A stretch of DNA of 62,768 bases, the filler included, from Sphacelaria rigidula (lineage: Eukaryota): NCBI GenBank assembly GCA_964200075.2. It is 7 parts of 7 records of this genome, joined end to end, with 100 filler letters (N's around TTAATTAATTAA, not from the genome) between each part and the next. Parts side by side here need not be neighbours in the genome. Positions count along the whole stretch, not along the records: positions 44,909 to 53,788 come from CAXNAA020009851.1; positions 53,889 to 62,768 come from CAXNAA020009852.1; 5 more parts are not named here. One strand, written 5' to 3'. How positions within the stretch are numbered: position 1 is the first letter of the stretch; each line of letters opens with the position of its first letter. The notes below the pieces were generated by a model, which searched no databases, was not told the origin of the DNA, and saw only the letters and a program-made list of their open reading frames with translations. A program made the position numbers and the translations under genes. This document shows, piece by piece, positions 50,096-62,768 of the stretch.

Positions 50096-53000
50096 CCACG
50101 GCAGACAATGATCATCCCTGGTGTCGTACTCTTAGAAGCGTTCTTCGAGTCCTCCCTCTTCGTATCGTTGAATAGAGTAGCTCGTGTTCGGTTAAGTTGT
50201 GGACTATTGCTTCTCTTCTCTCCCTCTTTTTTTTTTTTTCTTGACACTAACTCTCGACAACTACACTGGGTAAATCAGGGAAAGTGCTGATAGCGCTGGG
50301 GTTTGGGATATGAAGCTGAACGAATTCGGAACACAACCCTCAGGAGTTCAACACTCCTGACAAATTACTGCAATCAGCGACCATATCTGGTTCAACACTT
50401 GCAGACATGAAACGTTATGAAGAGGATCGTTCTCAAACCCTGTAAACAGTACAGCCGAAGGATAGCATACGTCCACAAAACCCAAACACATTCGTTGTAA
50501 GGTGGAAAAATAGAAGAATAGCTCGATGAATAGATCTGGAATATATTTACATCAAAAGAACACATGGGTTGACCGTAATGTAACAGGATATTGTGCCGGA
50601 TACCAGTATTTCCACCATGATTCGTCACGATAGAGTCGCGATACGGTTTTGATATACCACATAGTTCAAGGAAGGACATTGTCATTCGTTCGAGTTTGAA
50701 GGTACAGTGCATACAACATCTTAAAATGAATGAAACATAGAAGCATCCACACTCGAGATAAACACTGCAACACCAGAGTGAAGCGTGGCACGCACAGTGG
50801 ACTAATGGCAAGGGCGACTGTTACGAAAGCGGTTATCATACCCTTGGCAATATTAGGTGAGATACGCGATGTTCAGTCACACCTAACAGTTAGTCCTGTT
50901 GAGTAAACAAAAGACGTACAGCAATTACCCAACCGAGAAAACCACTAAATTGTATTCGACGCGGACACATGCCGTCCTCGATGTATCGTGCTTCCGCGTC
51001 TCGGCGTGGCCTGGTGGGGGATGAACGGTCGCCATCGCATTTAGCGCCGTTTCTCTCGTGACGACACATACACCCAGGACAAGGGTGTGGGATGAAGGAA
51101 GTAAAGTGTAAGGTCAGCACAAGTTGGGAGCACTGAGTACATGAAGATAAGAGCATGCCCTGGTCTTGTCACTCCTGTCGCGTATCGACTCGTTCCGTGT
51201 CGAGCACTGAATTCGACACATAACTTGTGATATAAATAAGGGTACGAAACGGGCACCATCATTCAATGCAGTAAGTACAGACATATCAGTAAGCGAGGAA
51301 ATGTACGTGTGTAGAATATGTACTGCGAGTATAATCCAAAAATATAAAACATGCGAAACCCACCAAAATCGTGTATTTCCAAGAACAAAAACAGTCACCG
51401 CAACAACGATATCCGGTGATGCAGCACACGCAAAAACACAAGGGTGACAAACACAAACACGATCAAATATAGTTAGCAAGGTTGAGCACAAAATACAATG
51501 TCACAGTTCCCCAAAGCTAAACTATCACCGCAAGGATGAAACCCTGTGGTGTACGAGCAGCGAGAGCGTCGGTAAGGTGTGAAGCCGGACGCAAGGGTCG
51601 TCGCGTGAAAAAGCCCAAGAGTATTGCGGATGAGTGGCAATTCAGCATGTATTGTAGTCATTATATGTGCTCTTCTTCAGAGGTTTAGCGCTCGTGATCG
51701 TGAAGCTATTGTTGCATGAGATGCAAAAGTGGGAAACTGTTTTTCATCGCCCCCTTTTTATTTTTCAAATGGTCGAACAATCTTGGCACTAGGGCATGGG
51801 AATAGGAGTGCCAGTACATGTTGCTACGATACCCTCCCGGTTCTGTTCCCAGTCTCGGCTCGTACCTGAACTGGATGAGATTACCTGTGTTGCTGGACGG
51901 ACTCCTGGGTGTCTTGCTGCATGTGTCGTGTTGTGCTCAAGGTCGCATGTGTAATCGTTGTGTGGTGCGGTACTGAGACTGGTATGGTTCGTGGTAGTCA
52001 CAGAAGGGCTCTGGGACGTTACTACAAAAGGAAAAAGAATGAAGACATATAAAACATGTTCTTCCCATAGATGGATGGGTGGGAGCTGATCGAGTCACCC
52101 ACCACTGTACCTGTCATTTGACGCCCCAACTCGATCCAGGGTTTACCCGGTAGGAGTAGACTTGTGTAGGGTTCGCTTGTGCATAGATTTCCTCAGCTGC
52201 ATGGTGAAAAAACAAATCACATGCATGAAAGTTACTCGCAGGCGAGCAGACCTGGATATATCGATTTTTTAATCCGGAAAATGAGCCAATCCTTCTTTTT
52301 GTTGTTGTTGTTGCGGCGTCGGTGTAGTATATGAAAATATGGTGGGGTAATCATGCATGATGTAGTGTATATTGTGAGTAAAGTACATGCCGGTTCTGTA
52401 TATGAAAAAATGTTTTCATCGCCGCTTTCTTGACAAAATAATAAGAAACGAATGAGCTCATATCCCGTATTCAATAAGCGTACATCATCAGTTCTATTCG
52501 GCGCTGGTGAGCAACCTATTATGATGCCGACGGTTCAGATTTTCTCCTTGAAATGTAAAAAAAAAACTATAGTGAAAAAATTTGTAACAATTCGACTCAT
52601 GTCGGTGCTTACTCAATCAGTGATATATACCCTGAGTTTGAGTCGGTCGTGTGTCGGCGTACAACTAAATGAAGGAAGAAATAAAGAGTGAGGCTGAAAA
52701 TAATGAAAAAAGAAACATGAAACGCTGGGTGTGGATTGCTAGCGGGCAAACTATCCTGAATAATGATTTATTTTATGCGGGACATGAGCCATTTCTTTTT
52801 TCTCTTTTTTTTTTTTTGTTTCGTTAGGATCTGTTGGGATCTGTTGGGATCTGTCGTCCGTTGATCGCGTTGCCGACACAGAATTTTGTCATGTCAGCTG
52901 TTGAAGTTGATTGGCGTTCCATGGTTGTGGTCGATGGGATGAGTGAGCATCGTGTGTCTTTTATTGAGAGAGAGTAATATGCCGGTTCAGAGGACAACAA

Positions 53001-54206
53001 TTATCTAGGTGCATGTGTAAGGAGGACGTATCCGAGGGGGGACAGGCTAAGGAAGAGGCTGTCCCAAGAGATGTCTTCTGATGCCGAAGGAACTCCGAAG
53101 CTGACGATGATTTCCTCTTGTGGGATGTAGGCAAGAAGTGGGTCAGACACAGAGTGGTCGCTGGAGGCGACCGGGTTTCTCGGGGGATGTTGGACCGTCT
53201 TGAATATTAGGCTCTTCCTGGCATCACCCCGAGTTGTCTAGTTTCGTCGGCATTACAGGGTCCTCGGGGAATCTGGTCCTTCCGGAACGTTCCTACCTCG
53301 TCCATGCTTGCACGGCGTCTGTATACATGTGTAACATCAGTCTCTGATATGTCACTGCTAAGGGATATCTCCCACCATTCCCCTCCCCTTATGCGCCGGA
53401 AGCCCATCGAGGCTATCGCTGGTGGGACGAGGCGATCATCAGCTTCGCTGATGACATAAACCATGGGAATATCCTTGAGTGACTATGATTGATTACGTCA
53501 CGCCACCACCACTTCGCAAAGGCAGCCCTTCTCTATACTGTGGTGTTGAGCAAACACCTTCAGTAAATTTTAGCTACCTGAGGTCTGTAACAGTGCATGT
53601 ATTGCAAACCCTTTTTATTTTGGTTTTCTGTCATGTAGTTGTCATATGTGACATGTTTTCATCAGATGTATTTGCACTTAGGTGCTGGTTGCCTCTGTTG
53701 GTCTACATGACTGGGCACTGGGACACTGATCGATCCACGGGCGCCTGGGTTATTCACGCCCGGGTACTGGGATACCTTCGGTTTCTCTNNNNNNNNNNNN
53801 NNNNNNNNNNNNNNNNNNNNNNNNNNNNNNNNTTAATTAATTAANNNNNNNNNNNNNNNNNNNNNNNNNNNNNNNNNNNNNNNNNNNNCGGCCCAACTCG
53901 TCTGTGTCGATGAGATATTGCTGTTAGAGCTTAAATCCGTTTCTAGGCTGGCCCAGCTCGTAGCTCATGGTGCATATCAGTACACTTGTGAATGGTGATA
54001 TATAGGTCATGATTTGTACGATGTGTGAAAACCATCACCCAAAAACCGTCTCTACAACAAACAATATTGCACTCGACAGCGATGATGACATCAGAAAATA
54101 GAAAAGAAAAAAAAATCAACAAGTGTATACAGCGGCTACTATGACTACAGCAATTATAGTAGTTGTACTCATCATCATCGTAGTTATTATCATACTCGCA
54201 CCGTAC

Positions 54207-54297
54207 CTTGCAGTAGTACGTGTGCATGTCGAGCTCGTCAAGGTCCAGATCTCCCCGTTCAACCATGTTCATGCTCATCAACTCCTTCAGCTTCATC
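54207..54297 (-). CDS. C2-domain protein 2, exon e
   Basis: gcgcag|(R)MKLKELMSMNMVERGDLDLDELDMHTYYCK|gtacgg; phase 2-0. Confidence 0.85.
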
Positions 54298-54777
54298 CTG
54301 CGCGAGCACAAGGCAAGGTGAAGCCACCACACATGCCACACATACATATACACACATTACATGTATACCGAAAAGGGTGATGGGGTCCTCAGCATACATG
54401 TATTGGGGGTGATTGTACCTGGCAACCTTTGCGGAGATCTTAAACACCCCCCTTCCTCGGGACTAGACCACACTCTCCAGGGGTCTTTGAAGCCACACAT
54501 ACCACGCACACATGTACATACACAATATATATATATATATATATATATATACCGAAAGCGGTGACGGGTGCTCGACAGACATATATTGTGGCGATTGTAC
54601 GTCATACTAACCTTCGCCAAAAACAATATATTGTCAATAGGTGAGGAGAAAAAATGTACTGCGTAAAGTATGGGGCTGTTGCAATTATTTACCATATATA
54701 TTGTCTTGGGTGAGCAAAATTTCCAGGGCGCTCGACGTTAAACGCGGTAGCCCTCTTCAAAGTCAATTCAAATCAAA

Positions 54778-54821
54778 TTAAGCATCGGGCCAGGCTAGTA
54801 CTACGGCGGGGGACCACGTGG
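54778..54821 (+). pseudogene. 5S rRNA fragment (internal promoter region), followed by its inverted copy
   Basis: TTAAGC..GGCCAGGCTAGTACTACGGCGGGGGACCACGTGG matches the conserved 3' half of eukaryotic 5S rRNA. The 5' half and the 3' end are missing. Confidence 0.75.
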
Positions 54822-55303
54822 TCCCCGACACCGCAGTACCAGTCTGGCTCAGCTTGTGACGTGTGACGAACTTTGTGATGTGTAGCATGAAGTGCCCTGA
54901 AAAATTCAAAGAACCCCCTTCCTCGGGATGAGGCCATACTCTCGAGGGATCAACCATTCCTTGCCCCGGTTATCGCGGGCCGAAAAGAACCGAACGTGCC
55001 ACAATTCAGCACACAGTACCCCCCCCACTTCCCACGCTAGTGGAGTCTTCTTACTGACGTACACTAGTTTCCATAGACAAGTGCATGCCATGCGCCCTAA
55101 AACTTGGTTTGACCGAAAACATAAGAATCAGTAGATGTGCTATTTTGCAAGAAACTGCGATTCCTCTGTATCAAAGAGCAATAGCAAATAGCATAGCAAT
55201 GCTTTCAATAGTGAATAACATGAAAATATTAACTACACAAATGATAAATCACCGCCCTGTGGATCTATTGACACTCCTGGAAAAGCCTAATAACGAACAA
55301 GAA

Positions 55304-55304
55304 T

Positions 55305-55342
<38 letters not shown>
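55304..55342. repeat. (AAC)n microsatellite
   Basis: Direct reading. Confidence 0.97.
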
Positions 55343-55344
<2 letters not shown>

Positions 55345-55425
55345 GAATATGACAACACAGCCCTGATGCAGTCACGACAAAATTGGATTATGAAAACAAC
55401 ATTAGATCATGACAATAAGACAAAC

Positions 55426-55626
55426 CTGATCCAGTCACGGTCCACGGAACCACCGCCACCCTCCTGAGGCATGGTAACGGTGGCCTTGGTCTCCACGGCA
55501 AGGAGCATGAGCTGTAACTGCCGAGTCAGAGGGTCCTGATGAAGGACCTCGCCAGGCACGCCCATCATACCCGGCAGGCCTCCGTGGGCACCTGAGTCGG
55601 CACCTTGTCGCCGCCTGCCCTTGCCG
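55426..55626 (-). CDS. C2-domain protein 2, exon d
   Basis: caatag|GKGRRRQGADSG..QDPLTRQLQLMLLAVETKATV..DRDWI|gtttgt; 201 bp, phase 2-2. Confidence 0.82.
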
Positions 55627-56925
55627 CTATTGAGTACCGTTAAACAAGACGGCCGAGAGCAGCAACATCAACGCCGCCCAGCCCGCAGGTACGGCACCCA
55701 ATCAAACAATTGATGAGACAAACGGCACTGCACACATCGATGGATTGATTGTGAAGTCGATTGATTAGCTGATTTTATGTTATTTCATCCGCTACGATGA
55801 AGCCACGGTGACAATAATATATAATCCATTTAATTTAATACTCAGGAGTATACTTTGATTTGAAATTGATTTCAATTTCATTTCATTTCATTTCATTTCA
55901 TTTGTTTGTTGTTTGGGAGTTGTTGGGGCGGATTATTGATTTTCTGGAAGAGGGAAACACAAAATGACGCGCTGCTACCCTGAGAAAAAAGTAAGTAGAC
56001 GGAAACAATATAATACAAAACAATACAATACAAATGACCCAAGGAAGTGCGACAACAACAAGGGGGGAGTACAATCTTGAAAAAAAAAAAAAAGAGGTAA
56101 ACTGAACACGTGACTACTGCCTGAGAACCCACTAAATCAAATACTAATACTACTGATGATGCGTGTGATGGTACGTACCTACGGCACAACTTTCGAGAAA
56201 AAATGAAGAAGTAAAGCAAGAGTACCTTTTTTCCCAACTCCGACCGATAACGCATTCTAGGAAAGCGCCAATGTGATGGAGGATATTTTATCACACTGTC
56301 GAAGCCGTGGCTGCCACTAGTGGATTCGGAACAAGAATCCGTTTTTTTTTTTCCTTCCTTAAACGAATGGGAAGGGAAACCTGATCCAACACTTACCCCG
56401 AGAACGGGCTCGTGTGCCGATTACCTGGAGGTTCGGCTAGACTGCCTCGCGGCAGTCATGTGGGGTAGGCGCCTCGAGCGTTCGCAAGAATTGCTCAAGG
56501 CAGTGGTACGGTCCGAGAGTACTATACAGAGTAGCCGGATTGGGGAAGTAATGAACGGTAGGTAAACTAAATAGAGAGCAACATCAGGGCAACATCCACA
56601 CATTGCCTCTCCAACCCGCAGGGCTACAGCAACCCGTGTCCCACCCCCTCGCACATGATGCAGCACTCTATCTTGGCGGGTCGAGTACTTACTTGACCGT
56701 GTCCAGACAGAGCGTTATCGTAGTGTTCAAGGTATGCTGCATACGGTCTCACACACCACCATCAACACAGCCACGCGGAACAGGCCCTCTTCGGTTAGAT
56801 GAAAGCTGTATATAATATACACAAAAAAAGCAATTCAAAGTAACCGTTCCGCAGAGAGGCGGCTAGGTCAACGTGCGATGATGTCTACCCTTCGTGATGA
56901 TGAGTAGTGTAGGGGTGACGTACTC

Positions 56926-57010
56926 ACAGCACAGCACAGCACAGCACAGCACAGCACAGCACAGCACAGCACAGCACAGTACTATACAGCACAGTACTAT
57001 ACAGCACAGT
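56926..57010. repeat. (CAGCA)n pentanucleotide repeat
   Basis: Direct reading. Confidence 0.97.
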
Positions 57011-57690
57011 AAATCACATCACTAGCCCCAGTGTCCGTACTCTATCGCCTTTTCAGATAGAGAGACTTTGCGCCCAGTACGAGACGGTACGTGTTCCAAG
57101 TTCACGTTCGGCGCCACTCGTCCTCATGTCGGTACTGCTATCACGCCGCCCCTGTCCCCCCCCCTCATTATCAAGCGCATCGAGCATGTATCAAGCGTGT
57201 ATTTCCTGCCCCGAAAAGACGCGACTCGGCGAAAGTTTTATCTTGCTGTCTATCCTGCCTGATGATTCATGTACTGTGTGGACACACACCGCGTTTCCCT
57301 TTTACAGGAAAAAGGGGAAATCCTGGCAAGTCGCCCAGAAATGGAGCAAGCACTATTTGACGCCCCTGTTAGTAGCATCCCTTTTTCGTGCAACAAAGAT
57401 ACGTGAACATACAGGTGAGAATTTTCTTATTGGCTGCAGTAATACTTTTCTCATACTCGTTTTTTTTTCACAGTGTTGGCGGCCATAATGCTCGACAGGC
57501 GCCGGACAATGCCGTGCTGTTGGCTGCAATAATACTTGAAACGTGCCGCCTTTTTTCTCCACATGTTGGTCGCAGTAACGCCAGAAACGCACGTCTGAAT
57601 TTCATGTGCCGGCTTCTAAGTATCATGCCACCCCCACCCCCCCTTCCCTCCCCTCCCGCTCGCCCGGCTCTTTTCCTTCTTAAGTCTCAC

Positions 57691-58074
57691 CCGTTGGTCC
57701 GTCGCCGTCTCGAGCGTCCCACGCTCCCGCTGCCATCGATCCCACATTCACAGTCATCCTCCATACAGTCTATCGACGGTGCGCGAGACATACGCTCCGC
57801 CGACGACCCGTCCAGCAAATCGTCACGCATCCCAACCGTCTGGGAACCGCCACTACCGCCACCGCAAGCGGTCTCCAGCTCCATACTCCTGATGCTTTGC
57901 TTGATGGAGCTGTCCACGCTGCTGGCCCCGGCTGACGACACCCGTCGTTGCCCGAACGCCCCGGGAGGGTGGGGTGGCATCGTCCCTGGGTGGTTTAACC
58001 GTCCATGTACCACTAGCCCACCTCCCGGGGCGGATTGGCGTCGTTGTTGGAGATGTCCCACTCGGGCTGCGCGT
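57691..58074 (-). CDS. C2-domain protein 2, exon c (low-complexity linker)
   Basis: ccacag|..RAARVGHLQQRRQSAPGG..RSRRRRTN|gtgaga; 384 bp, phase 2-2. Confidence 0.85.
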
Positions 58075-58359
58075 CTGTGGTACCGCGCAGAGAAGAGAGG
58101 GGGGGTAGCGGGAGCAATTCAAAACTTGGGGATAGATTGTTGCCTAAAACTAAACCTAAATTCTGAAAGCAGCGGGGGAACGGGGGGGTAAATGTTGCTC
58201 TTTCCGCTTCACCTTTGTTTTAAACTTCGATAACGCAGCACATCAATCATGTGCATGAAATGTGCGCTTCTCGTACCGGCGATCTTACGACCTCACCGAC
58301 CTCCTCCTCCCCAGAAATGAAGATGGACAGATGGATAGAACCATGGACAGATATATGAA

Positions 58360-58430
58360 TGGGTACATACATACATGGATACATGGATACATGGATACAT
58401 GGGTACATAGGTACATAGGTACATGGACCA
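58360..58430. repeat. (ACATGGAT/ACATAGGT)n octamer repeat
   Basis: Direct reading. Confidence 0.9.
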
Positions 58431-59870
58431 TGGTTCGTTTTTTTCCACGCTTGAACGTACGTACATGTTCAACTGCCCCTTCTCTTGAAATAAGCATCCG
58501 GAGTACTGTACACGACACGTAGCTGCAGCGGGCGGCAAGTAACGCCCACAGACGTGGGAATTCAAAACAATAATCCACCTATGAGTTGCGCCCATGCTGC
58601 TGTCATCCGAGCTCAAATAGACTACGAGCTGGGCCAGCCAACATTGGGGGGTTTTCTCGGTCAGGCGATGCATTGCGTAAAATTATGAGCTGTACGCTCA
58701 ATTTTTGACAGCAGCTTATTATGATCAACATGCCGAACATCACGAGAGCAGCATGGCAAAAAAGAAAAAAACAGTCAAGGGGATTTGAACTTTCAGCAAA
58801 CACAAGATGACGTCACAAGTCCAGCAAAAAAACGAGAATCTGCATCTGCTCCCGCAACGTATCATATCCTCGGGTGCAGAAGGTCTTCGAGAAATTTCAC
58901 CTCAAGAGTCGTCGAATTGGGCGCGGCATCGCACTTTTCGTGTGACACAGCCGCGCCACTATATTTCAAGTGATACAGTAGACTCGAATCATGGAGGGCA
59001 TGAGTTCGAATCCCGACAGATTCTCTTTTTTTTCGTCCGTCGTCAACCCTTTTGGAGCCCATTGACGATTGCTGATTTTGTGAATCGGCATCATTTTCAG
59101 TCATTTTCAAGTCAAAATAATGCCGATTCACAAAAACAAAAATCGCCGGTGGGTGTTCCAGAAAGGTTGAGATTATATATTATGTACCACGTTTTTTTTC
59201 GTTTTTTTTCTTCATTTTTTTCTTCATTCAGCGGCGGTGCCGTGTGTTACCAGGTTGGCCTGCACTTCACACCGTGATATGCTTACATCGGGTTCATTCG
59301 GGAAACTGGGAAAGCTGTCGTGTGGACAACGTTTGGCCGCTTTTAAGCTGGCCCAGCTCGTAGGAAAAATATTTTAAGAGCGTTACAACTGCAAATACCA
59401 AAAATGATGGAGGAAACAAGAAAGTACACACACAAACCGAACAGCAAGCAACAAGCAAGGGCAAAAGTGGTAACTCGTAATACATACATACGCACACATA
59501 ATATATATATATATATATCGACACTTGCGTCTCATGATGATGGCACAGGGGTCATGCTACGATAACTCCTCCCGGGGAAGTGGTCACTTTGAGGAGGCGA
59601 AATCTACGTGTGTATCAAAACGGCAGAAGCCGAGCACATCGAGCAGTTGGAAACTTTTAAGTCTGGGATCGTTCCCTCCAGTCTCGCCCAGATGAGAGGC
59701 TTCCTGCAGTCTGAAAACCACTTGTCACTCGCAACATGGCCATTTTCTTCGTGGCAGTTTTACGGCTGGTTCGGAGGGGAGGGGAGGGCTATCGCAGCAT
59801 CGCTCCAAGACAGGCGAAAAACTCGAAGAGTCCTTCAAACGCACACACTAAAAACAAAACGAGCACTCAC

Positions 59871-60039
59871 GCACTAATGGTCTTGCGGCGCTCTGCAAGA
59901 CTCTTGAGGTGCTCGACGAAGCCGACCTCCCTCAACCAAGCCGAAGTTCTCTCCGTCATGACAAGCCGGATCTTCAAAAGTAGCCTGCCGCTAACGTTTT
60001 TTCCGGGATGACGGCCCGCCAGGTTGTACCACTTGGGCT
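59871..60039 (-). CDS. C2-domain protein 2, exon b
   Basis: cattcag|(E)PKWYNLAGRHPGKNVSGRLLLKIRLV..LAERRKTIS|gtgagt; phase 1-2, completes the C2 domain. Confidence 0.9.
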
Positions 60040-61729
60040 CTGAATGCAGCAGGACAGGGGGACGGCAGGCCGCAGATGCGGCGACGGCGGCAGCAGCACC
60101 AGAATTGGGGTTTGAAACAGGAAACTTGCATACGACTCGTTACTTATTATCGTAGCTTCCGCACACAGGGTGTGGTCACTCCTCCGCACAAAACTAGTAT
60201 TACTACTTTTTTTTCACTCCTTTGTTTGTTTGTTCGTTTGTTTTCTGTGTCGCGTCTGTGTTAATTTTTCTGGGTCCGTTTTCATTTATTTTTATTATTT
60301 TTCCCTATTTTGAGGTAGGTAGTCTGCGATCACGGAAGGCGTCCGCATGACATGCCCAGTACAGTGTACTACTGTGCAGATATCGGAACGGTTTTTGATG
60401 TGATGAGAGGAAGAAGAACAAGAAGAAGAAGAAGAAGAACAAGAACAAGAAGAACAACAACAACATGAAAAATGTTCTTCACCATTTACCGTAGACGTCA
60501 TACGGGGAATAGCACCCTCGGACGAGTTCTTGTAAAACTAGGAACGAAAATGTGATTCATTGACGTAGGTGCTGTTGGAGTATATAGAACACCTCCCCCC
60601 TCCTCCACCTCCCGGCCGAAATTCTTGAGTGTCAAAATGTTTTGCGAATTTACTTGGTGACAGATATTTAGAAGTTGAATTCTATCACTCTTTTTTCCAA
60701 GTTTTAATTTGTTGCCGAATTCATTTGAAAAGTATAACAAATTGTATTTTCTCTGAATTATCCACGAGACTATTTGGATTTCATAAACAAAAATACAAAT
60801 TAACTGTATGTGTGTTACTGACGTGGGTAGCATGCAGAGTATAGCGCCCCCTACCCCGAACAATATGGTCCAACAGTCGATTTTTCTCGTGGGCTGACTC
60901 GACGTGACCACACCACCGAGACTTGTGTCTTAGCGAAAACATATTTTCAAGATTACTACCATGAAAATGGGTAGCTTTGGCAGTGTGCGGGGCTCCTTCT
61001 GTTTTATCGTGCCATGCGAATAGACGTCGACAATATATGCCTTGACCATCGCCCATCGCGTGCACACGGGGAGGAGGGGGGTGTCTGTACCTTGTGACCT
61101 GCGGTAGGTACTTGGAATGCCAGATTCTAGATTCATGGGAAAATATTCGGAAGCAGGAAATGAAAAAAAATGAAAAAAAAACGAAATAGAATAAGGGGAA
61201 TAATGGACAAAAAAGAGAAAAAGGGGAAGATAAAGTAGAACGGAAATGAAACGATAATAAAGATAACAAGGGGGCAAGTAATGAAAAAGATGAAGAACAA
61301 AAAAATAAACAGAAAAACGTTCATAGTCTGTCTTGCATTGAACAGACTGGTCACGCACGACTGAGAGGCACGCAAAAACCACTTTTTTTCTTGTGCGTAT
61401 ACCCTTGCCATAAGTGACATGGTTTACTCCAATGTTTCAAAACTACTAGAGCTATTTCTTGGCCGGCTTTTTGTACCACACGTAAACACATATCTTCCCA
61501 CAGGAAGGGCTTGGTGGAACACCTGATGAAAGTTACCGTAAACCATTGCGGTAAAAGAAGGAGAAGAAATGCACAGACGCAAAAAATATATTTCAAGCGC
61601 ACGGAAGCGCGAACCAAAAACAAAACAAAACAAAACGCACGAATCACATCTAGAGAGACCAGCGAACGTACGCATTCAACAATGAGACGACCGAAAATAG
61701 AGTACAGAGTAGTGTACTTTCCTCGTTCA

Positions 61730-61810
61730 TCCAGCCTGCTCCGGCGAGAACCCGGCGTGCTCCGTCCCGACTTTGCAGGGACGGGCCCCCCATGGGATTA
61801 GCGTCACTTG
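61730..61810 (-). repeat. Dispersed repeat family F (also 26365-26400, 26790-26846 and 62200-62245)
   Basis: Shared GGACGGAGCACGCCGGGTT(T/C)TCGC.GGA.CAGGCT(A/G)G terminus. Confidence 0.75.
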
Positions 61811-62344
61811 ACAAAATGACGCTGTAAAACACGCCACTCACTGCGTAAGCGAGGCAACCAGGGTTTTACCGATTTTTTTGCGCGCTTGCGTTGTTTTTGC
61901 GGTAACCATGGTGGTGGGCAAGCTACATCATATTGTGCGGCCTGGGAGAACCTAAACTCCGCGCAAAGGGGATGATACGGCGCAGTTTTTACACGGTGAG
62001 ACACCCATGAGGCAGAGTGTTCCTACCCCGTGGCTGCCTCTGGAAGTGGCGATTCCAGAAAACGAAGTAACTCCTTGGAGGCTGTCATCCGTATGCAAGA
62101 TGATCAGTACGCTCCGGACCGAACAATCTTAGCAAGATGGAGTTCACTGTTCGTGCAACTCGCCGAACACATGACGGCGCTTCGCGCTTGGTGATTGATT
62201 GCGAGCCTGGTTGGGGGAAAACCCGGCGTTCTCTGTCCCGGGGTTTTAGGGATGGGAGGTCAACAGTCTTTTGACTACGGAATGCAAGATCATGAGTACC
62301 CCCTCCCCCAAAACCCACCCCCGCCACCGCCCATCCCGTCGCAC

Positions 62345-62632
62345 CCGACTCGTCGTTGTCCCCATCCACGCTGTACTCCGAAACAGGCACCTCCTTCAGC
62401 GGAATGTACAGCTGCCCCAAGAAATCGTCCGTCAAGAAGAGATCATGGTTCCACACTTGAATCCTCACGGTAGATCGCACCCACTGCTGCACAGACACGG
62501 GAAACTTGATCTCCTGCCTCCACGCGGGGTTGACCGAGGCCGATTGCACGGAGCTAGTCCGCCTGCCCTGATCGTCCAGGTCCAGCATGCAGTACGGGTA
62601 CGTCGTCCCGTACACATCCTCGAGGACCAAGT
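62345..62632 (-). CDS. C2-domain protein 2, exon a
   Basis: ctgcag|(D)LVLEDVYGTTYPYCML..RTSSV..VNPAWRQEIKF..VRIQVWNHDLFLTDDFLGQLYIPL..|gtgcga; phase 1-1. Confidence 0.92.
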
Positions 62633-62670
62633 CTGCAGGGCCAGGTCGGTACAGCGCGAAGATTCGAGGA

Positions 62671-62673
<3 letters not shown>

Positions 62674-62715
<42 letters not shown>
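62674..62715. repeat. (GT)n microsatellite
   Basis: Direct reading. Confidence 0.98.
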
Positions 62716-62717
<2 letters not shown>

Positions 62718-62768
62718 GTCCGTCCGTCCATCCCCAAAAAAACAATAACAAACACACGCGCGCGCGCG

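Noticed and set aside
57388..58191. Longest ORF in the track (267 aa, +)
   Set aside because: Antisense shadow of the GC-rich exon c of the C2 gene plus intron sequence.
59690..59765. Extra exon in the second C2 gene
   Set aside because: Runs into stops and a dispersed repeat; exons b and c join directly.
27013..62632. The two C2 genes as a cluster or as one gene
   Set aside because: They lie on different contigs joined only by size order, so no linkage can be inferred.

Overview
This is eukaryotic DNA, most likely from a brown alga (Phaeophyceae). That is an inference from the short GC-rich exons in multi-kb introns, the CA/AAC microsatellites, a 5S rRNA fragment and the transposon styles. 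The window is not one locus. It is seven contigs of 8882, 8882, 8882, 8882, 8880, 8880 and 8880 bp, joined by identical 100-bp N44-TTAATTAATTAA-N44 linkers, so neighbourhoods across the linkers mean nothing. Three partial host genes can be supported: one COX11 exon (+, 24937-25085); six in-phase exons of a multi-C2 (ferlin-like) gene with a GC-AG intron (-, 33942-27013); and five in-phase exons of a second C2-domain gene (-, 62632-54207). The rest is mostly transposon material: a Copia-like LTR element with both LTRs and a TSD, decayed Gypsy, LINE and Helitron coding relics, tRNA-derived SINEs, and several MITE families with TIRs/TSDs. I found no prokaryote-type novel system. The best leads are structured-RNA or palindrome candidates: a pre-miRNA-like hairpin at 23041-23232, a 5S-derived foldback at 54778-54855, nested palindromes at 27720-28330 and a ~1.7-kb-arm inverted duplication. 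All protein and element family calls come from motif recognition by eye, not from database searches.
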